From: an uncultured bacterium
Lineage (GTDB): Bacteria; Krumholzibacteriota; Krumholzibacteriia; Krumholzibacteriales; Krumholzibacteriaceae
Assembly: GCA_964584495.1 (NCBI GenBank)
Contig: CAZPAH010000002.1
Location: 17,775-81,774, forward strand
Length of the DNA: 64,000 nt
Reading direction: 5' to 3'
The notes below the pieces were generated by a model. It saw only the letters and a list, made by a program, of their open reading frames with translations. It did no database searches and was not told the origin of the DNA. A program made the translations under genes and the position numbers. Each line of letters begins with the position of its first letter. Positions within the stretch are counted from its first letter, which is position 1. This document shows positions 1 through 8,886 of the stretch, piece after piece.

Positions 1-11
1 AACCCGCCGGC

Positions 12-1406
12 TCATATCCGCCTCTCGGCAGTGTTCTCGACCGGCGGCAGGGCGAAAAGGGCGAGAAGAACCATCGAGTATCGCGACAGCAGCATCATAT
101 GGGAAAAGAAATGATGAATGATGAAGGCGGCGAAAAGCATCAGCAGACATTCCTTCATCGCCCGATCCTTCCCACCGCTCCCGCCGTCCCGGGCCGCGAT
201 ATTTCGTAGAAGCGAGCCGAGGAAGGCGAGATAGACGAGAAGGGGGAAAATCCCCGTTTCCGATAGTATCATGACGAATGTGTTGTGGGGCCCGTTCTCC
301 ACCTCCGTTGTCGATATCCCCTGCTTCGGGATCGAGTACTCGAGGGCCGAATACAATCCATACCCGGTGAGGGGGCGGTCCAAAAACCTCGAGAAGTGGA
401 ACCGGAGAAGAGACAGCCTGCTGTTATCGTCGATATCTCCGCTGACGAGCGATGTTATCTTCCTGAAAGAATGTCTCACGTCGACCGCGGCATCGGTCTT
501 TATGAACCGGACCGTTCTCTCGGCTCCGATGACAAGAAGGGTGCCGGCTACGAAGATCACGAGCGCCCTGCGGGACCTACGCCGTATGACCAGCAGCTGG
601 GAGGCGAAAATGAGGGCGAAGACGAGAAGCCCCTCTCGCGAGAAGGTGACGAATACGCCGCAGAAGAAAAGTACCTGCATCATAGCCAAAAGAAACGCCT
701 TCCGGCGGCCGGCGGCGGTACGCATCAGGTAGATCGAGGCGATCATCGAAAGATTGACTATGAACGCCGAGGTGTTGGCGTTCTTGAGAAGCCCGGCGGC
801 TCTCCCCTCAGAGTGTGAAAGGGACAATCCGGCGGGATCGATCAGCTCGGCGATATTAAGCAGGGAAGTAAAGATGCCGAGAAGCACTATGAGATTAATC
901 ACGTTCTCGAGCCGTTCCCGCCTGTTCGTAAAGAGGAACAGCACGGTGAAGCAGGCGGAGGCATACACGATCTCCCTGAGCCAGAGCACCGTGCCTTCCC
1001 CGGTCCCCTCTATCATGCCCGCCGAGAGGCTCGTAACGATGAAGAGGATATAAAGGACCACGGGCAGGTTCGGCCGGTTGAGCCGCGTCCTCGTCAGCAG
1101 GAGGGCCGTGAGAAGCGAGAGAGCCAGCATAAGAAAAACTATCTTGCCGAAGGGGAACGAAAGGATGGAGGTGGCCCATGCGTCAAGCCGCAGAAAAGAC
1201 AACGATACGAGCGGGTAGATAACTAGAACGGGCCGGCTCAGAAAAAGGATCGCGGCCAATCCCAGCGATGCCAGCGTGAAGAAACGGGGGTCCACGCCGA
1301 AACCGGCGCTTATCGCGAGAACCGCCGCGCAGGCGGCCGCAGGCGCCTTAATCGCCGACCAAGCACGGCCGGCCTCCACGGGAACGAAAGGTTTCGCGCC
1401 GGACAT
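12..1406 (-). CDS. O-antigen ligase/polymerase family membrane protein (Wzy_C/WaaL-type)
   Basis: 464-aa polytopic membrane ORF. Contains GPHNTFVMILSETGIFPLL, which fits the H-N-x-x-L-x-x-x-E-x-G signature of the O-antigen ligase (Wzy_C) family. Immediately upstream (same strand) of a Wzz-like gene. Confidence 0.7.
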   Translation of the reverse strand: MSGAKPFVPVEAGRAWSAIKAPAAACAAVLAISAGFGVDPRFFTLASLGLAAILFLSRPVLVIYPLVSLSFLRLDAWATSILSFPFGKIVFLMLALSLLTALLLTRTRLNRPNLPVVLYILFIVTSLSAGMIEGTGEGTVLWLREIVYASACFTVLFLFTNRRERLENVINLIVLLGIFTSLLNIAELIDPAGLSLSHSEGRAAGLLKNANTSAFIVNLSMIASIYLMRTAAGRRKAFLLAMMQVLFFCGVFVTFSREGLLVFALIFASQLLVIRRRSRRALVIFVAGTLLVIGAERTVRFIKTDAAVDVRHSFRKITSLVSGDIDDNSRLSLLRFHFSRFLDRPLTGYGLYSALEYSIPKQGISTTEVENGPHNTFVMILSETGIFPLLVYLAFLGSLLRNIAARDGGSGGKDRAMKECLLMLFAAFIIHHFFSHMMLLSRYSMVLLALFALPPVENTAERRI

Positions 1407-1411
1407 ACAAG

Positions 1412-2452
1412 CTACTCCCCCGCGGTGGTCTTGATAAAGACGGCCGCCCTGAGATCGTTTTTCAGCTCTTCGAGAAGTGAATCGACCGTATCCCTATCCT
1501 CTCCCATCTTCCAGCTCACCACCCTGTCGCGGATAACGGCAAGAACGGCTCCCGTTATCAATCCGGCGAGCAGGAACGATATCAAGATACGAACGGGATC
1601 GGGGTAGAACGGCTTTTCGGGCACCTCGCCGTAATCGAGGACACTGAGGATGGGCGTATCCCTGCCGGAATCCAAGGCCGCCTTTTCGGCCTGCTTACCC
1701 AGCTCGAGGCATAACGCCTGCTTTATCTCGACCTCGCGGCCGAGACGCCTCAGCTCCATCAGCAAACCGGGCTCGGTCGAATTGGCGTAATCCCTGTTCA
1801 TCTTCCTGAAAGCCTCGAGATTGTCGTCGGCCTCGGCCAGTTCGATCCGGGACATATCCCTCTTTTTTCTTATGAAATCGTATACTTCCTCGGACGAGGC
1901 CCTGCGTTCGGTCCGGTTATATTGCTCGAGCCGCTCTATATAGGCGCGGGCCACAAGGGAGGATAGAACCGGGTTGCCGGTTGTAACCTGGATGACAAGC
2001 GTCCCCGAGTCGCCGTCTATCCAGAACCTGGCCACCCTGCTTCTGAGCTTGAACAGGGCCGCATCGTCGTTTGGGGCGCAGAGATATTCCTGGAGGGTTT
2101 TCTCGGCGGTTTTTCCATGATCCTCGAAAACGAAGGTTCTCCTGAGAATATCGATCGATATCCTCCTGCTCCTGAGGATATCGGGATACAGCATCATGGA
2201 GCTTTCGCCGCTTCCCCTTCCCATCAGAACCGAGAGATCGGGCAGCCCGCCCTCTGTCATATCGAAGCCGGGTCGGTCGGAGGAGCCGGGAAGAACCGTA
2301 GCTGTGGAACGGTACCTCCTGCCCGCCAGCGCGAATTTCAAAACTCCCGCGATAAGGGAAATAAATACCATCCATAAAAGAAAATATTTTCCCCTAGCAA
2401 GCGATCTGTATATCGATCCGATCACGCCGAATTCGTCCATGTAACGGCCCAC
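1412..2452 (-). CDS. polysaccharide chain-length determinant (Wzz/GumC-like) protein
   Basis: 346 aa with one N-terminal TM (FLLWMVFISLIAGVLKF) and one C-terminal TM (ILISFLLAGLITGAVLAVI), the latter preceded by a proline-rich segment (FYPDPVRI), and a long central soluble coiled region. This is the bitopic architecture typical of the Wzz family. 5-nt gap to the Wzy-like gene. Confidence 0.6.
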   Translation of the reverse strand: MGRYMDEFGVIGSIYRSLARGKYFLLWMVFISLIAGVLKFALAGRRYRSTATVLPGSSDRPGFDMTEGGLPDLSVLMGRGSGESSMMLYPDILRSRRISIDILRRTFVFEDHGKTAEKTLQEYLCAPNDDAALFKLRSRVARFWIDGDSGTLVIQVTTGNPVLSSLVARAYIERLEQYNRTERRASSEEVYDFIRKKRDMSRIELAEADDNLEAFRKMNRDYANSTEPGLLMELRRLGREVEIKQALCLELGKQAEKAALDSGRDTPILSVLDYGEVPEKPFYPDPVRILISFLLAGLITGAVLAVIRDRVVSWKMGEDRDTVDSLLEELKNDLRAAVFIKTTAGE

Positions 2453-2604
2453 CCGCCGGTTCCGGTTATAACCCGTTGATTTAATGAATGTTGCCTTAGC
2501 ACCCCGCCGCCGTATACGTTCGATCCGGAATGCCGGGAAAAAGCTCCGGCCGTAACGGGGTTTTCATGGGGAAAATTGCAAGAAGAACGCCACCGGGCCG
2601 TCTC

Positions 2605-4086
2605 TCAACGTCCCATCGGCAGCCATAGGGAGAAGCCGTTCTTACCGTCCTTGCCATCGAGGCGCTGGAGAAGGCCGCGGTGTCCGGCTACGATAGTGCG
2701 CGCAAGCGACAGGCGGATTTCGCCGCCCTCCCTATTCCCGGCGGTTTCGTCCGCCCCGTCCGGCGACGGCCCGCTCGATTTTACGCCGTCGGCAACCGGC
2801 GCATCCCCCACGGAAGAGCCGATATCGACCCTGTAATAACGGTCCGCCCTTGCGGCGGCGAAACCGATCTCATTGCTGACCCGGGCGAGCTCCGGGAAAT
2901 CCGCGGCGGCGGCGGCGGAGATCCTTCCGGTTATGCAATCGTCCATACCGGAGCGGCCGCCCCCGGCAAAACCGGTATCGATACCGGCGGGAGGCCGATC
3001 CTCTACCGCCGTTACGATCTCCATGACCCCTCCGCTTCCAAAAGAAGCGAGAGCGCCGTCGATGATCGATCTTATGACTATCTTCATCTTCGACGGGTCG
3101 GCCGGAATATCAACGGGCCCTGCGGCGTCATCGAACCTTACGGTGATCCGTTTCTCCTCCAGCTCCGCTATGTATTCACGGAGGCAATCCTCGATCAGCG
3201 ATGAGATGTCGGTATCCTCCGGGGCGATCCCGACATCGTCGAAATTCATTTCCGCGACCGAAATCAGCTGGTCGACGGTCTTCTCTAGATTGACAAGAGC
3301 GTCTTTCGCCATATCGACGAGGATTTCCCCGCCGACCTCTCCCGGTTCAAGTGAATATAGCGCGCTTTTCAGGACACCGACCGGTGGAGCCAGTTCTATC
3401 GAGCTGCTCCTTATGAACTCTCCCTTGATACGCGAGAAATCGCCGGCCTTCTCCCCGCCTGCGGCGGTCCGGGTCAACGCGGCCGCATTCCCAAGGGCCG
3501 CTCCGGCGACCATGACGATCATCCCGAGAAACTCGGCGTCCGCATCGCTGAATATCTTGTTGCCTTCCATTCTGCCCACAAGAAGGATCCCCAGCAGCTC
3601 CCTCTTCGCGTAAACTGGCGAACAGTAAGGGAATCCGGCTTCGAGCAGCGACCTCACCGGATCGCTTTCAGCGTCGCCCCGGAGCTCTCCCGCATGATAT
3701 CGTTTAATATCGACCGGCCGTTTCTCCTGCTCAATCCAGGCTATGAAGTGGGAAGCATCTTGGATGCGCCGGGGTAATTCCGTTCGCCCCTTTCCCACAA
3801 CATGGCCGAGCTCTATCGTCATGCCCCCGGGGAGGACCCGGTAGAAGGCGACCCTGCCGATTCCCAGCTGCTCGACAATCGTCATGAGGAAAAGTCTGAT
3901 TATCCCTTCAGCGTCAAGCCTGCCCGCCAGTTTCTCGAACAGCCTGAAAAGGGTATCGAAGGCGAATATCTTCCTTTCCAGCTTTTTTTCGAGCATCCCG
4001 ACACTCGACCTGCCGGCAGCCTTCCTTCTTTTAGAAGTGGTTTCATCCATTTTAAGTACCGGTTCCAGAGGCTGAAAACCGGCCAC
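2605..4086 (-). CDS. GAF-domain protein with degenerate histidine-kinase-like C-terminus (possible pseudokinase)
   Basis: GAF-like region (residues about 50-200) is followed by a dimerisation-like helix (LISVAEMNFDD) that lacks the phospho-acceptor His. Then comes an HATPase-like tail (GGGRSGMD ... GEIRLSLARTIVAGHRGLL ... GFSLWLPM) with N-box Asn replaced. True start is probably the internal Met (MDETTSKRRK, about 4050). Confidence 0.45.
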   Translation of the reverse strand: MAGFQPLEPVLKMDETTSKRRKAAGRSSVGMLEKKLERKIFAFDTLFRLFEKLAGRLDAEGIIRLFLMTIVEQLGIGRVAFYRVLPGGMTIELGHVVGKGRTELPRRIQDASHFIAWIEQEKRPVDIKRYHAGELRGDAESDPVRSLLEAGFPYCSPVYAKRELLGILLVGRMEGNKIFSDADAEFLGMIVMVAGAALGNAAALTRTAAGGEKAGDFSRIKGEFIRSSSIELAPPVGVLKSALYSLEPGEVGGEILVDMAKDALVNLEKTVDQLISVAEMNFDDVGIAPEDTDISSLIEDCLREYIAELEEKRITVRFDDAAGPVDIPADPSKMKIVIRSIIDGALASFGSGGVMEIVTAVEDRPPAGIDTGFAGGGRSGMDDCITGRISAAAAADFPELARVSNEIGFAAARADRYYRVDIGSSVGDAPVADGVKSSGPSPDGADETAGNREGGEIRLSLARTIVAGHRGLLQRLDGKDGKNGFSLWLPMGR

Positions 4087-4475
4087 ACCCGCATGGAAAT
4101 CTTACTCGATATCGGTCGTGGCGCTCGTTTTCGTCGCCCGAGAGCAAAACCCTGTGAATCATAAGGTTACGGCGATTCCCAGCCGGACGGCCCGCTGGCT
4201 GTTTTCGTCTAACCGCTTGTCGGACGGCATCTTGCCTTACCGAACTCTTCAAAGCCGCCGGCCTTTATAGTTCCGGGCTGCAAGAACCATTCACATTGGG
4301 GGGTAGATTAGGGGAGTCGGTAAAAAAAGCTGGGCTGGAAAAAGGGCACCACGATACGCGATGCCCCACACTCTGCTTCATTCTGTAATGCCGTCCCGGG
4401 GTTATAAGGAGCGGACCGGCCCATACCGGCCGGCCGCTGACCCATAAAAACTGAATCCCTCCCTGCCCCAGCCTA

Positions 4476-4970
4476 TCAACCTTGAATCTTCTTGATCTCC
4501 TTGGAGATCAGCTGGACGTGTCTTTTCTCTTCGCCGATCAGCTTGTCTATCTCCTTCTTTCCCAAATCTTCGCGTGTCCGCGATTTCATCTCGTCGAAAA
4601 AGAGGATCGTATCCTTTTCGAATCTCAGGGCCTCTTCCAGAATTTGTACCGGTCCGCCAGCCTTGGCGGCGACCGCCTCGGCTTCCTTGGCCGTACCGAA
4701 CAATCTCGACTTTACCAGGGCGTCTAGATATAGATACTCCTGGTCATCGGGATCGGAAGCCGTCGGAGATGTCACCGCCGGGGGAAGGGAATCGCGAAGG
4801 CCCTTGAAAACTTCGAGATGCTTCTGCTCTTCCGAGAAGAGCATGTCGAAAATCTTCTTCAGAGCAGGGTCTTTCGTAATCTCAGAAGCCTTCCTGTAGT
4901 AGGCCATGCCGTTAGTCTCTATGTTCATTCCCATTTCGAATACTTCATCGGCATTGAAAGAAATACCCAT
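4476..4970 (-). CDS. rubrerythrin-family ferritin-like diiron protein (no rubredoxin domain)
   Basis: Two ferritin-like halves, each with an E-x-x-H motif (EEQKH, EEKRH) on a four-helix-bundle pattern. Last gene of the perR-led minus-strand cluster. Confidence 0.6.
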   Translation of the reverse strand: MGISFNADEVFEMGMNIETNGMAYYRKASEITKDPALKKIFDMLFSEEQKHLEVFKGLRDSLPPAVTSPTASDPDDQEYLYLDALVKSRLFGTAKEAEAVAAKAGGPVQILEEALRFEKDTILFFDEMKSRTREDLGKKEIDKLIGEEKRHVQLISKEIKKIQG

Positions 4971-5074
4971 TTTTATCCTCCTAAGCTAAAAACACCGGCC
5001 TCCCTGACGAGCCGCGGCGGATGCTGGGATCATGGCCGATCATTCTTCCCGGCGCCCCGACCGGGTGAGATCAC

Positions 5075-5236
5075 TTAATCGAGAGGCTCGAACTCATCCT
5101 TACCGACCCCACAGTCGGGACAAACCCAGTCACCCGGGAGATCCTCGAAAGAGGTGCCGGCCGGCACTCCGTTATCCGGATCCCCGATTGCGGGATCATA
5201 CACGTACCCGCACACGGTGCACTTCCACTTTTTCAT
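5075..5236 (-). CDS. rubredoxin
   Basis: [15 protein letters not shown]...[16 protein letters not shown] carries both CxxCG knuckles and the aromatic core of rubredoxin. Start moved to the internal ATG (MKKWKC), which has an AAGGAGA RBS upstream. About 53 aa. Confidence 0.85.
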   Translation of the reverse strand: MKKWKCTVCGYVYDPAIGDPDNGVPAGTSFEDLPGDWVCPDCGVGKDEFEPLD

Positions 5237-5272
5237 CGTATTCTCCTTTCCAGGCCCCATTCTTTCGATCGA

Positions 5273-5764
5273 TCAATCCTCTAGAAAAGAGGTCGAATCG
5301 AAATCGAACCAGTACAACCCTCCCGCCAGAGAATTCTTCTCGGCAGTTAAAAGGTTATAATGCCCCATTTCTATCTGTGCAAGCTCCAAAAAGAATTTTT
5401 TCAGCTCGGCGGACACGGTCGCTCCCGCCTGCTTCTTGTAGAATTCATGCGCTTTCAGCTCGGCCTCAATCGCGATATCGAGTGCCTGCATCGCACCGGT
5501 CTCTTCCCGTATCGAGAGGCCCTGAATCTCGGCGAACGATTCGTTCTCGACGCCGGGCGCCGGGACCGTGCCGAACAGCTTCTCGTACCATCTGCCGAGA
5601 CTGTCCCTGTGCCCCTTCTCATCGAGCGAGAGCTGCAGAAACCTTTTTTTCCCTTCCGGATTCTCAATCCTGCCGGCAATTTCCGAATAAAAATTCATCG
5701 CCTTTATTTCGGCGATAATGGCCGTTTCCATAGCTTCCCTGAGATCTTCGGAGGTACCACTCAA
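5273..5764 (-). CDS. ferritin-like / rubrerythrin-family diiron protein
   Basis: 163 aa with two helix pairs carrying E-x-x-H motifs (DEKGH, IEMGH), the typical diiron-centre ligands of rubrerythrin or erythrin. No rubredoxin domain. Confidence 0.6.
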   Translation of the reverse strand: MSGTSEDLREAMETAIIAEIKAMNFYSEIAGRIENPEGKKRFLQLSLDEKGHRDSLGRWYEKLFGTVPAPGVENESFAEIQGLSIREETGAMQALDIAIEAELKAHEFYKKQAGATVSAELKKFFLELAQIEMGHYNLLTAEKNSLAGGLYWFDFDSTSFLED

Positions 5765-5767
5765 AGC

Positions 5768-6766
5768 TCATGCTCCTTTCGATTTCATTATGACAACGGA
5801 GATGTCGTCCTCAAGCGGCCTCTCCTTGACATGATCCTTTACACCGTCGATTATCGCCTCGATTATATCGGCGGGAGAACCGCCGCGGTTCCTTTCCAGA
5901 AGGCTCGCCACCCTCTTCCTCCCAAAGATCTCCCCCGCCTCGTTGCGCGCCTCGATGATCCCATCCGAGAACGAGCACAGGATATCGCCGCCGCCGAACG
6001 GGATCGAATGCTCCCTGTAGCGGAAGTCCGCGTCGATGCCCACGATCAGCTGCGTCTGGAGAAGGGAGCTCACCTGCCCTTTCTTATCGACCAGGAAAGG
6101 AGGCTCGTGTCCTGCGCAGGTAAAGGACAGCATCCCTTCTCTTGAATCGAAGAAAACGCAGAGCATCGTCAGGAAGATACCGCTTCCTTCATATTTTTTG
6201 TTCATTCTGGAGTTGATAAGCCCCACAATCCTGCCGGGACTTATCAGCCCGCTGTCCGCCCCCGCGGGCCCGGACCCTTCGAGATACTCCCCCACTATCC
6301 TCGCGGCGAAGGCATTCAGCCCCGCAGCGGCCGGACCGTGTCCCATCACGTCATAGATATAAAGCAGGGTCCCTCTCGTTCCGCTCCCGCGATCGCCTAT
6401 GGTCTCGGTATGGATATTATCCCCACCCACGAACCGGGACGGGATGCAGAGATATGCCCCTTCGATCGTGTCGTCGGTTCCGAGATCGTTTATCGAAAGC
6501 TCGCCGGAGATCGAATAGGCCATAGCCTCCTCTTCGCCGTTCTCCTCGGGAGCCTCCTTGCTCTTCTCGATCGCCCTGTACTCGTTAAGGAGGAGCCTCC
6601 TGTGCACCCTCTCCTCTTCCGCCAGTCTCGATAGAAGAGCTTTTATCGTAGGCGGCGTTATGGGGTTCTCGCTGCCCTTGTAATAGTAATTGAAGGAACT
6701 GGTCTCCCGTATCATCGCCTTCGACAGTATCTCCAGTATCTCTTTTTTAATCTCCGCCTGCATCAT
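5768..6766 (-). CDS. PP2C/SpoIIE-family serine phosphatase with N-terminal ferritin-like (E-x-x-H) half-domain
   Basis: C-terminal 230 aa has SpoIIE/PP2C motifs (YIYDVMGHGPAAAGLNAF; GDILCSFSDGIIEARNEAGEIFG). N-terminal about 90 aa form a helical segment with EEERVH, resembling one half of a rubrerythrin/ferritin-like bundle. Confidence 0.7.
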   Translation of the reverse strand: MMQAEIKKEILEILSKAMIRETSSFNYYYKGSENPITPPTIKALLSRLAEEERVHRRLLLNEYRAIEKSKEAPEENGEEEAMAYSISGELSINDLGTDDTIEGAYLCIPSRFVGGDNIHTETIGDRGSGTRGTLLYIYDVMGHGPAAAGLNAFAARIVGEYLEGSGPAGADSGLISPGRIVGLINSRMNKKYEGSGIFLTMLCVFFDSREGMLSFTCAGHEPPFLVDKKGQVSSLLQTQLIVGIDADFRYREHSIPFGGGDILCSFSDGIIEARNEAGEIFGRKRVASLLERNRGGSPADIIEAIIDGVKDHVKERPLEDDISVVIMKSKGA

Positions 6767-6829
6767 GACCTGTCTTTAAAGGCTTCCCCGGCACCGCGCC
6801 GGGCGTCACGGAAATCTGCGCGGGTCGAT

Positions 6830-7447
6830 TTATGGCCTGCTCTTGTTCTCCCGGAACTGGGCATAGGTGATCGGCTCGCCCCCGCTAAGCAATCCGCCGC
6901 AAAGTATATCGCCGATGAAGATACTGTGCGTTCCCACGTCCGCCGTCAGGCTTGGAACTATTGAAGCTTCTAGGTAACCCACCGAATCCTCCAGCAGGGG
7001 ACACCCGTTCTCGCCCTTCTTGACCCGAACTCCCTTCAGCTTATCGAATTCCCTTCCCGACCTGTATCCGAAGCGCCTTACCATCTTATGGTCGTTTACG
7101 CCCAGGATGGAGGCGGCGAACAGACCGCTCTTCTCGATATACTCGTGGGTAAGATTCTTCTTGTTGATGGCGATCGCAATGCGGGGAGGCTCGCTGGTTA
7201 CCTGGAAGAGGGTATTGCATATCTGCCCGTTCGATTTCTCCCCGTCGATCGACGTGACGACATAGAGACCGTAAACGATCTTGAGGCACACGTCGATTAT
7301 CGCCCGTATCTTGTCCGTAGGTATCGCGGCTTCGATCGACTGGGAGGAAAACGATCCCATCTTGCCGCAGGCGGGACACTTATCGGGCGGGAAAGAATCG
7401 ACTACCACATGACCACAGGAAGAGCACACCCAGTTTTGTGCAACCAT
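6830..7447 (-). CDS. flavin reductase-like (FMN-binding) protein with N-terminal rubredoxin-like zinc ribbon
   Basis: N-terminus WVCSSCGHVV...DKCPACG (CxxC-x15-CxxC). The remainder matches the flavin-reductase-like beta-barrel pattern (GLYVVTSIDGEKSNGQICNTLFQVTSEPPRIAIAINKKNLTHEYIEKSGLFAASIL). Confidence 0.65.
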   Translation of the reverse strand: MVAQNWVCSSCGHVVVDSFPPDKCPACGKMGSFSSQSIEAAIPTDKIRAIIDVCLKIVYGLYVVTSIDGEKSNGQICNTLFQVTSEPPRIAIAINKKNLTHEYIEKSGLFAASILGVNDHKMVRRFGYRSGREFDKLKGVRVKKGENGCPLLEDSVGYLEASIVPSLTADVGTHSIFIGDILCGGLLSGGEPITYAQFRENKSRP

Positions 7448-7457
7448 ACGATTCTCC

Positions 7458-7874
7458 TTACAGGCATTCCCGGCAGATTCCCCTGAAGACGGCGCTGCAA
7501 GATTCCACCCGGTGTCCGTCGATCTCGGCCGTGTCGTAGCATTTTTTGCTTTCGCTATCGACCGGGATATCGAAGATTCTGTTGCACTTGCCGCATATGA
7601 AATGATTGTGCATCTCCGTGAATGGATCGTAGTTCAGATAACCCTTGGAAACGCAGATCGCCTGGATCTCCCCGATCTTCTCGAGCATTTCCAGGGTATT
7701 GTAGACGGTGGAGAAGGAGAGGCCCGGATTTTTACGCTTCAGCTCATTGTAGATCGAGACCGCCGCAGGGTGATTGCGGTTCCCGATCATATACTTTATG
7801 ACGGCAAGCCTCTGCGGCGTAAGCTTGAACCCCTTCTTTCTAAGAAGGGCGATCGTTTCATCTAGAGCGTGCAA
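7458..7874 (-). CDS. perR: Fur-family transcriptional regulator, peroxide-responsive (PerR-like)
   Basis: 138 aa. N-terminal winged helix (LTPQRLAVIKYM), HPAAVSIY, and C-terminal HNHFICGKCNR...CxxC structural-zinc motif of the Fur family. Assigned PerR rather than Fur/Zur only because it leads a rubrerythrin/rubredoxin operon. Confidence 0.7.
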   Translation of the reverse strand: MHALDETIALLRKKGFKLTPQRLAVIKYMIGNRNHPAAVSIYNELKRKNPGLSFSTVYNTLEMLEKIGEIQAICVSKGYLNYDPFTEMHNHFICGKCNRIFDIPVDSESKKCYDTAEIDGHRVESCSAVFRGICRECL

Positions 7875-7944
7875 TTTGTAAGTCCCTTCCGTTCACCATC
7901 CTAGGCCCTATCGCTCTATCAAGGATATATCCGGAGCGGCCCAG

Positions 7945-7983
7945 TGTCAATAATAATTCTTAATAAGAACACAACTTATTAAA
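7945..7983 (-). promoter_or_regulatory. putative perR promoter (-35 TTGACA) with adjacent AT-rich inverted repeat CTTAATAAG-N7-CTTATTAAA
   Basis: AT-rich island in otherwise GC-rich DNA, 75-125 nt upstream of the perR start. The minus strand reads TTGACA-N15/17-TATATC/TATCCT. A 9-bp inverted repeat (one mismatch) lies at about 7959..7983, with further TTAAATATTAAATTATTAA repeats to 7999. Confidence 0.35.
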
Positions 7984-7999
7984 TATTAAATTATTAATC

Positions 8000-8728
8000 T
8001 CATCCGCCGGAGACCCCGCCCGCAGGACCTCCCCCGTAGCCGCAAATAGTCTCGAGGGGACACCCCTCGCAAACCGGCTTTTTCCCGCAGAACCTTTTTC
8101 CGTGTTCTACGATCAGCGCGTGGTACTCCTGGTAAATCAGGACGTCGCCGGGAAGGTTCGTCTCGAACAGATCCCTTATCTGCTCGTATCCTTCCTCTCC
8201 CGTCAAGATTCCTATCCGAGAGAATATCCTTCTTGTATACGCATCTACAACAAAAAACTGCTTTCCGAAAGAGTAGAGCATGATCGAATCAGCCGTTTCG
8301 GGACCTATTCCATTCAATCCCAGCAGGCCTTCCCGCGTTATCGGCTCCCTCTCGGCGAAAAGACCGGCCAGCCTCCGAAGCCTCAATCCCTTCTGGTTAT
8401 AGTATCCCGACGGCCTGATAAGGGCCGACAGGGTTTCCTCGTCGGCCGATAAGAGCTTTTCCGGATCGAGCAGCCCCGCCCTGAGCAGGTTGACCACTCC
8501 CTTTGCGGCGTTCTTCCACGAGGTGTTCTGCGTCAGAACGGCTCCGGCTGCGACTTCGAACCTTTGCGCCTCCGTCTCTGGTCCTCCGGTATACCTGGGC
8601 TCATCGGCTCCCGCTCCGGTGACCGGCCACCATCCCCTCGGCCCGTACGACTCCATCAGCAACGTGTATACGGCCTCCACCACCGCTCCCGGTCTTTTAT
8701 CGAACCCGCCTCCCAACTTGATCGCCAC
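8000..8728 (-). CDS. HhH-GPD superfamily base-excision repair protein (endonuclease III-like) with C-terminal Cys cluster
   Basis: HhH-GPD core (FVVDAYTRRIFSRIGI ... helix-hairpin-helix, Gly/Pro-rich loop, Asp) and a C-terminal CGKKPVCEGCPLETIC cysteine motif as in Nth/MutY-type [4Fe-4S] glycosylases. Confidence 0.65.
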   Translation of the reverse strand: MAIKLGGGFDKRPGAVVEAVYTLLMESYGPRGWWPVTGAGADEPRYTGGPETEAQRFEVAAGAVLTQNTSWKNAAKGVVNLLRAGLLDPEKLLSADEETLSALIRPSGYYNQKGLRLRRLAGLFAEREPITREGLLGLNGIGPETADSIMLYSFGKQFFVVDAYTRRIFSRIGILTGEEGYEQIRDLFETNLPGDVLIYQEYHALIVEHGKRFCGKKPVCEGCPLETICGYGGGPAGGVSGG

Positions 8729-8886
8729 CTCCTATTGCGAGACACGGTGAGAGGATACCCCGTAACTCCGGCTTTTACCAGAAATCAATAGCGGGGATCA
8801 AAGATTCTAAAATGCCTTGCCGCCGTGGAAGAGTCCGCTTATTGTCCTTATATGTTATTTAGATTCAATTCGAAGGAGAGCTCCAA

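Noticed and set aside
4380-4475. GC hairpin (GCGGCCGGCC...GGCCGGUCCGC) downstream of the last gene of the perR operon
   Set aside because: The stem is present, but the following tract on the transcribed strand (CCUUAUAACCCC) is U-poor. Not convincing as an intrinsic terminator.
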